A stretch of DNA of 64,000 nucleotides, taken from NCBI RefSeq assembly GCF_009914755.1, contig NC_060934.1; one strand, given 5' to 3'. Of the stretch, positions 58,297 to 64,000 are shown piece after piece (the stretch's first letter is position 1; each line of letters begins with the position of its first letter). Source of the stretch: the human T2T-CHM13v2.0 reference genome, Homo sapiens. A program made the translations under genes and the position numbers. The notes beneath the pieces are model-generated. The model did not search any database, was not told the DNA's origin, and saw only the letters and a program-made list of their open reading frames with translations.

Positions 58297-61200
58297 TAGT
58301 AAGGATGGGGTTTCATCATGTTGGTCAGGCTGGTCTCAAACTCCTGACCTCAGGTGATCTGCTCACCTCGGCCTCCCAAAGTGCTGGGATTACAGGCATG
58401 AGCCACCGCGCCCAGCCAACAAATATATATTTTTAAATGGAGGTGAGCTGCATTACAGAATTACAAGTATAGTACTAGTTAATTCAATGGAACCAAAATC
58501 CATTAGGCACACAATCACATGCATTCTGCCCTTTGGAAACACAATTAGCTAAAGGAAACAGGTAGACAAGAGACATAAATACCTTAAGACCAGGCAATAC
58601 ATGGCTTACTAGATGCACAAAACTGCTGTAGATCCCACATATGATAGCTGCCCGCCCACAAAGCTAAAAGTTTAGAAATTGCCTCTGCAGAAACAAACTA
58701 TGTCTCATAAAGTCCATACACTGAAACACATTTACCATATTTTAAAAGCTGTAGAGGAAAAGAAAGCTTTGAACACACTTTAGATTCGCAGAACATATTT
58801 ACTCTTATTTTATAAATAACACCTAAAATCGTCATGTTTTTCCAATCCAAAGCAATTAAAACAAAAAAAAAATAGAAGACAGTAGGTGTATTAATAAAAC
58901 TATAAGACTAAGGGACAAAAAAACTTGTTTCTGGATACAGATTTATTGTCAAAATGTGTCACCAAATTATTTAATAAACATAATAGGAATCCAATTAATA
59001 GCCTAGCAGGATTTTTTTGAAGAAATAGACAATCTTAGTGTGCAAATCTGAAAAAATAAACGATAAATTTTTTAAGAGAAACAAGTTTGCTTATATTAAA
59101 AATTAAAAGAATACAGTAACAAAAAATATTGCTATTCTAAAAATAGATGTAAAGATCAGTGGAACTCAATAAAAAGTGCAGAAACAACCAAAAGCTGTAA
59201 AAGAATTTCCTATACAGTGAAAATAACATTTCAAATCACTGGAGACAGGTAGCATTAGGATAATTTGCTCCACTGTCTGGAGTAACACCAATTTATTCCA
59301 TCCAGGCTTAAGTGAACTAAGTATCAGTTACAACAGCAAGTTTCTATCTTATTCAAATCAGTAATAAAAGCAGGCTAATATGGGCCATATGGGCCACTTT
59401 TAGCCCTTTATATGTTCCCTTAAGTCCATGATGTATTATAAGGTAGCATCCTGGGGGAATAAATGTGTACTCAATCAAAAAGTGGCAGATTTTAGCATTC
59501 ACACCAGAAAACCAGACAATATGATTATAAGTGGAAGAACCAACAGTATATTTTCTGCTTTTGTGGGAGAGCCTCTGAGTGGAATGAACTAGATTATATA
59601 ATTAACACAATCTCCTTTATGATGCTCTAACATTGGTAGGGCAGGGGCAGCATATCACATTCCATTAGTAGTTATCATTTTGTACCACTCGATGCACGTC
59701 CCGGTAAGACAGCTGCTGGTCAATAGATGTGATCACCAGCCATGGAACAAAAAAGGCTATTTCAGGCATATTAAACCCTCACCCATGTGATGCTTTAACA
59801 AGCTAATGAGTCATAGACTAAAAACCCCAGAGAAAATTCCAAAAGCATACTAACCCCTTCTCTTAAGATCTCAGGAAAATCAGTACTGGCAACTTTAAAT
59901 TCTTTAGAATTCCGTTTTGCATAAGACTATGAAATCCACAAAAACTAACAACAAACAAAAGGTTAGTGAAACTAATCTTTCACTGCAAATGTTTGAACCT
60001 TTTCTCTCAATAAATGTGCTTACCAGAGTAAGATAATTTGGATAATTCATTGATCATTTATTTAGTAAAATCAGGATGAGATGTTTTACACAGTACTGTA
60101 AATCAAGACACAGTAATACATAGGATTATTTATTTATTTATTTGGAGACAGTGTCCCACTCTTTCATCCACACTGGTATGCAGTGGCATGATCACAACTC
60201 ACTGCAGCCTCGAACTCTCGAACTTCTGGGCTCAAGCAAATTTCCCCACCTCAGGCTCCTGAGTAGCTAGGGCTACAGTCACACACCACCACGCCTGGCT
60301 AATTTTATTTTTTGTAGAGACAGGGTCTTGCTTATGTCGCCTAGGCTGTTCTTGACATCCCGACCTCAAGCAATCCTGCCACGTCGGCCTCCCAAAGTGC
60401 TGTGATAACAGGCATGACCCACTGTGTCTGGCCTGGTACTATATTTACAATCTCTTTGGCTATAAAACCTGTTCCTATTGTAGATATTATGTTTTAAACA
60501 GTATCATCAATATGGCAAGAAAATGTCTTGGAGGGTACCTAACACTCCAACCTCAAAACGACAACCTTGATCGCTTTCAGTTACACATAGGCCATTTTGA
60601 TCCATCTGTACTGGCTCTTTTCATTTGTCTAAGGGCAGCAAAATAGACTAAAGTTGTTTTCAGACTGCACAAGAGAAGTCTGTTCTTTAGCACTTACCTG
60701 CATAACTCAGATAGTGTTTTTAACTTCCTCAACTCATGCTTGGCCTAGTTGGGTCAAAAGAACTACTTGTGAATTCCGTATGTCCAATTGGTAGGTTACT
60801 GTTTTTTCTCAAGAGTTTAGCTATACAGTAATGTTGGAAGTCTTGAGGAACTTCAGCTGCTGTCCCTACTTAGCCTTGCAATACTACGGCATCTTTTCTT
60901 CTTTTTCTTTTTTTTAAAGACGGAGTCTCACTTTGTCACCTAGGCCGAAGTGCAGTGGCACAATCTCGGCTCACTGCAACCTCTGCCTCCCAGGTTCAAG
61001 TGATTCTCTTGCCTCAGCCTCCTAAGTAGTTGGGATTACAGAACATGCACCACCATGCCCAACTAATTTTTAAATATTTAGTAGAGACGGGTTTCACCAT
61101 GTTGGCCAGGCTGGTCTCAAACTCCTGACCTCAAGTGATCCACCTGCCTCGGCCTCCCACAGTGCTGGGATTACAGGCTGAGCCACTGTGCCCCCGACCT

Positions 61201-62199
61201 ACAGCATCTTTTTAAGAGCAATGTTTTCTGTTTTAATGTGGCCAAGCAATCTCTAAACGAACATGGTCTGACAAAATTGTGTAGTGACATACTTGACAAC
61301 TGGGTGAGCTTGAGTGTGATACTTATTTGACCATACGGTATTTCCTCTATATGTTTCCTTATCTTTATATACAAAAAAGGGCAAATGATAATGTCTTAGT
61401 CATAGGATCAAGTACAACCCAAGTGCTTACTGCTACACTCTACTTGGCAAATTCCACCTTATGAATGTTTCTTAATATATAAACCTAATCTAAACCAAGA
61501 TAAGCTACAGGTGCATATTAACAATCTTTACTCATAAAGTTTTGCATATTTTTACATACTATTCTTCAAGATGGAAAAAACACCATCAAACTGGCTTATT
61601 TTCATAGATGTCTTTATATAGTCTATGATGTCTTCATTCCATAAAAAATCCACACGATTAAATATGAAATTAATGTACCCAGCTATGAGGCTACCGCATT
61701 CTTTAACCCAAGAACAAGAAAATACATGAATCAGAGAACTGCAATTACCTACTTGCTGGTCTATTTCCTCATTAGAGTGAATTTTTTGAGGACTAAATTG
61801 CATTTCTCTATCTCTAATGCTTACCCCCTATCTCACTGGCTCTGTGTGTTTGAGTGCATGCGCTGAATGTTTATATCACTTAATTTCTGTTCGGAACACG
61901 CTGTCTCTTAGCACCAGTAGATCTGGCCTTAGAGCTAAGGAAAGAAGGCCTTTCTAACCCATAAGGGGTACTAATCCTGTACAGACTCCAATATCTCCCG
62001 GGCTGGGTACACGCAGGTTCACACCCAGGTGTGAGCAAGATTGCCAAACTATACCTATAAGGCGTTTGGAGGAGAGAGTCCAAAAGTCACGAGACCCGGC
62101 TAATTTAGCTACTATTTCACAACAACCCTGATCGTGGTCGGACTTGTTTCTAGGAAGATGCGATGGGCTGGAACTTCCTTCAAGAACAGATTGCAAAAG

Positions 62200-63200
62200 G
62201 CAGCCGACCAGGGCGTGTCAGGTCACTGCCAAGGGAAGCAGCAGCGGAAACCGTCGCCTCCGGCTTAGGCTGCGGAGCGGGAACCCCATTCTCTGAGTTA
62301 TGTTTCTGCCTAAACACGCAGAACAAAAGAGTTCGTGGCTGCAAGGGTGGCGCGCGGTAGTATTTCTTGCTAATAAAAGGTCCCCACAGGGACATTTTTG
62401 CTATGACTGCAGGCGTGGCCAGTCTCCCTGCACAGCTTCCGGGAAGAGGTGGGGATAGGAGGCTCGCCCCGGGGAAGGTCACGCTCGGGGTCCCCAGACC
62501 AGGTCTCCGCACGCCCCTGCCCCGTCGCCTCCCGGGAGCGGCTGCAGTCCCCGTTGGCTGCAGACGGGCAGACACCCGAAGTGTCCGCGCCGGCAGCCGG
62601 ACCGCAAGCGAGGAAGAGCGAACCGCGCTCCCGGGCCTGGCCGAAGCGCTTCCTGTGCCAGGTTTCCGGCTCCGGGTCCCGGGAGGAGGATCGCGGGCCA
62701 GAGGCGGAGCCGCCGCCCTGCCGCGACTTTCAGACTCCGACCATGGCCTCGCGCTGGTGGCGGTGGCGGCGCGGCTGCTCCTGGAAGCCGGCGGCGCGGA
62801 GCCCCGGGCCCGGCTCCCCCGGCCGTGCGGGACCGTTGGGGCCGAGCGCCGCTGCCGAAGTCCGCGCGCAGGTGAGGTTGGGAGGCGCGCGCCCGGCGGG
62901 GCTCAGAGGTCACGGCTCCAATGACAGCAGTGGGCGGAATGAATGGGAGCGGGGAGCACGTGCGTCGCGACGCGGGGGCGCGCGGGGTAGCTCCGGGGTA
63001 GCTCCGGGGTGGGACTCCGGAGCTGAGGGGTGCCCGCGGTGGGACGGAGCCGCGCGTTGGACTGAAGTAGGGGCGCCCTACACGGGGTTGCAGAAAGCGG
63101 TGTCCTGGGGACCCCGGGAGCGTTTTGGGGGGTGGAGAAAGCGGTGGGATCCGTGTCCTGGGGGAAGCGCAGGAGCGATCAGATTGACCGCTGCTATATG
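62200..63200. promoter_or_regulatory. CpG island / PDSS1 promoter, possibly shared (divergent) with the SelO-like pseudogene
   Basis: Abrupt rise in GC and CpG density; ETS-like CCGGAA/TTCCGG and GGGCGG elements around exon 1; boundaries approximate. Confidence 0.85.
62743..62871 (+). CDS. PDSS1: PDSS1 coding exon 1 (decaprenyl-diphosphate synthase subunit 1, N-terminal mitochondrial-targeting-like segment); gene continues beyond the window
   Basis: Kozak accATGG at 62743; translates MASRWWRWRRGCSWKPAARSPGPGSPGRAGPLGPSAAAEVRAQ (129 nt), then donor CAG|GTGAGG; matches the recalled human PDSS1 N-terminus; lies in a CpG island. Confidence 0.95.
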
Positions 63201-64000
63201 GACAAGGTTAATTAAGCCTGGAGAGCGACTGCAGCTATTTACTTTGGAGTTAGAGGAAGACAGATCTTGCCTGAAATTTTAGAGCCAAAGTGCTCAGAGC
63301 TCTCTCCGAGAAACGGAGGATCGAATCGGCCTCGGAATAGTCCGAAAAGGTCTTGTGGAGAATGCAGGGCTGGTGCTAGGGTGGACCGGACCTTAGTTGT
63401 CCAGCAGTGGCTTCGGGAGGAGAGCACACCTGGATGGGGCTGGAATGACACTGGAAGGAGAAAGGCCCGAGGCCGTCAGGAGGAGAGAAACCCTGGAGTC
63501 ATCTAAAGTCAGAATCTCAGTGATAGCCCATTCTTTCAGGGTCTCCTCTGCTGCCTTTGGGTTCCGATCTCCTTTTTCTCCCTTTCTGGTCAGTTTAGCC
63601 CCTGTAAATGGACACTGTGAGCCCTTCTGCACTTTGTAATGATTCTCAGTGTGCCATGGGGTAGGCCCATGCTATTAGCATAACCGTGCAAAATCTATGG
63701 ACTCACTGTTACTTAAGTTTATTTGAATTTAGTACTCTTTTAATTCAGATTTGGTATACTTTATGTGTCCGTGTTCTCATCAAACATCATTTCCCAGTAT
63801 GAAGTATATAACACTTATAAATATCTACTTTGTACCAAAGTAGATGCGTATCACAAATTATCCAAAACAAGGCTTGGGCCAGGCGCAGTGGCTCACACCT
63901 GTAATCCCAGCACTTTGGGAGGCTGAGGTGGGAGAATCGGTTGAGGCCAGGAGTTTGGGACCAGCCTAGGCAACATAGCAAGACTCTGTCTCTATAAAAA

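Noticed and set aside
58736-61790. Candidate 5' coding exons of the SelO-like gene (58736-58822, 59855-59926, 61559-61683, 61746-61790)
   Set aside because: Splice-like ends are present, but there is no recognisable family motif and the phases do not chain consistently, so they are not called as features.
62449-63282. 277-aa ORF (and overlapping 185/144/131-aa ORFs) across the CpG island
   Set aside because: Only 62743-62871 is PDSS1 coding. The rest is stop-poor GC-rich UTR/intron read-through past a canonical donor.

Overview
Human (primate) genomic DNA, Alu/L1/LTR-rich. It is most likely chr10p12.1 between APBB1IP and PDSS1, because PDSS1 coding exon 1 is recognisable at 62743-62871. There are three blocks. 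(1) 1-18.2 kb is a mosaic duplicon made of: a duplicated terminal exon of a SelO-like gene (-); an 11.4-kb tandem array of five degenerate cyclin-Y-like (CCNYL-type) promoter + exon 1 + intron 1 cassettes in an A-B dimer arrangement, each with an identical RFX X-box, clustered MYB-type sites and an intact splice donor (+); and unprocessed copies of the last two APBB1IP/RIAM exons followed by AATAAA (+). These pieces plausibly form a chimeric lncRNA (probably FAM238B/LINC00202-2). (2) 29.0-57.8 kb (-) is an unprocessed, disabled selenoprotein-O-like (SelO AMPylase/pseudokinase family, Cys-type) gene, probably SELENOOLP. Ten exons could be read by eye, carrying two nonsense codons, a frameshift and a destroyed donor, with two blocks of exons apparently missing. 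(3) 62.2-63.2 kb is a CpG island with PDSS1 exon 1 (+), head-to-head with the pseudogene. Nearly all ORFs in the supplied track are Alu or simple-repeat artefacts. Homology calls rest on reference protein and repeat sequences recalled from memory, not on a search.
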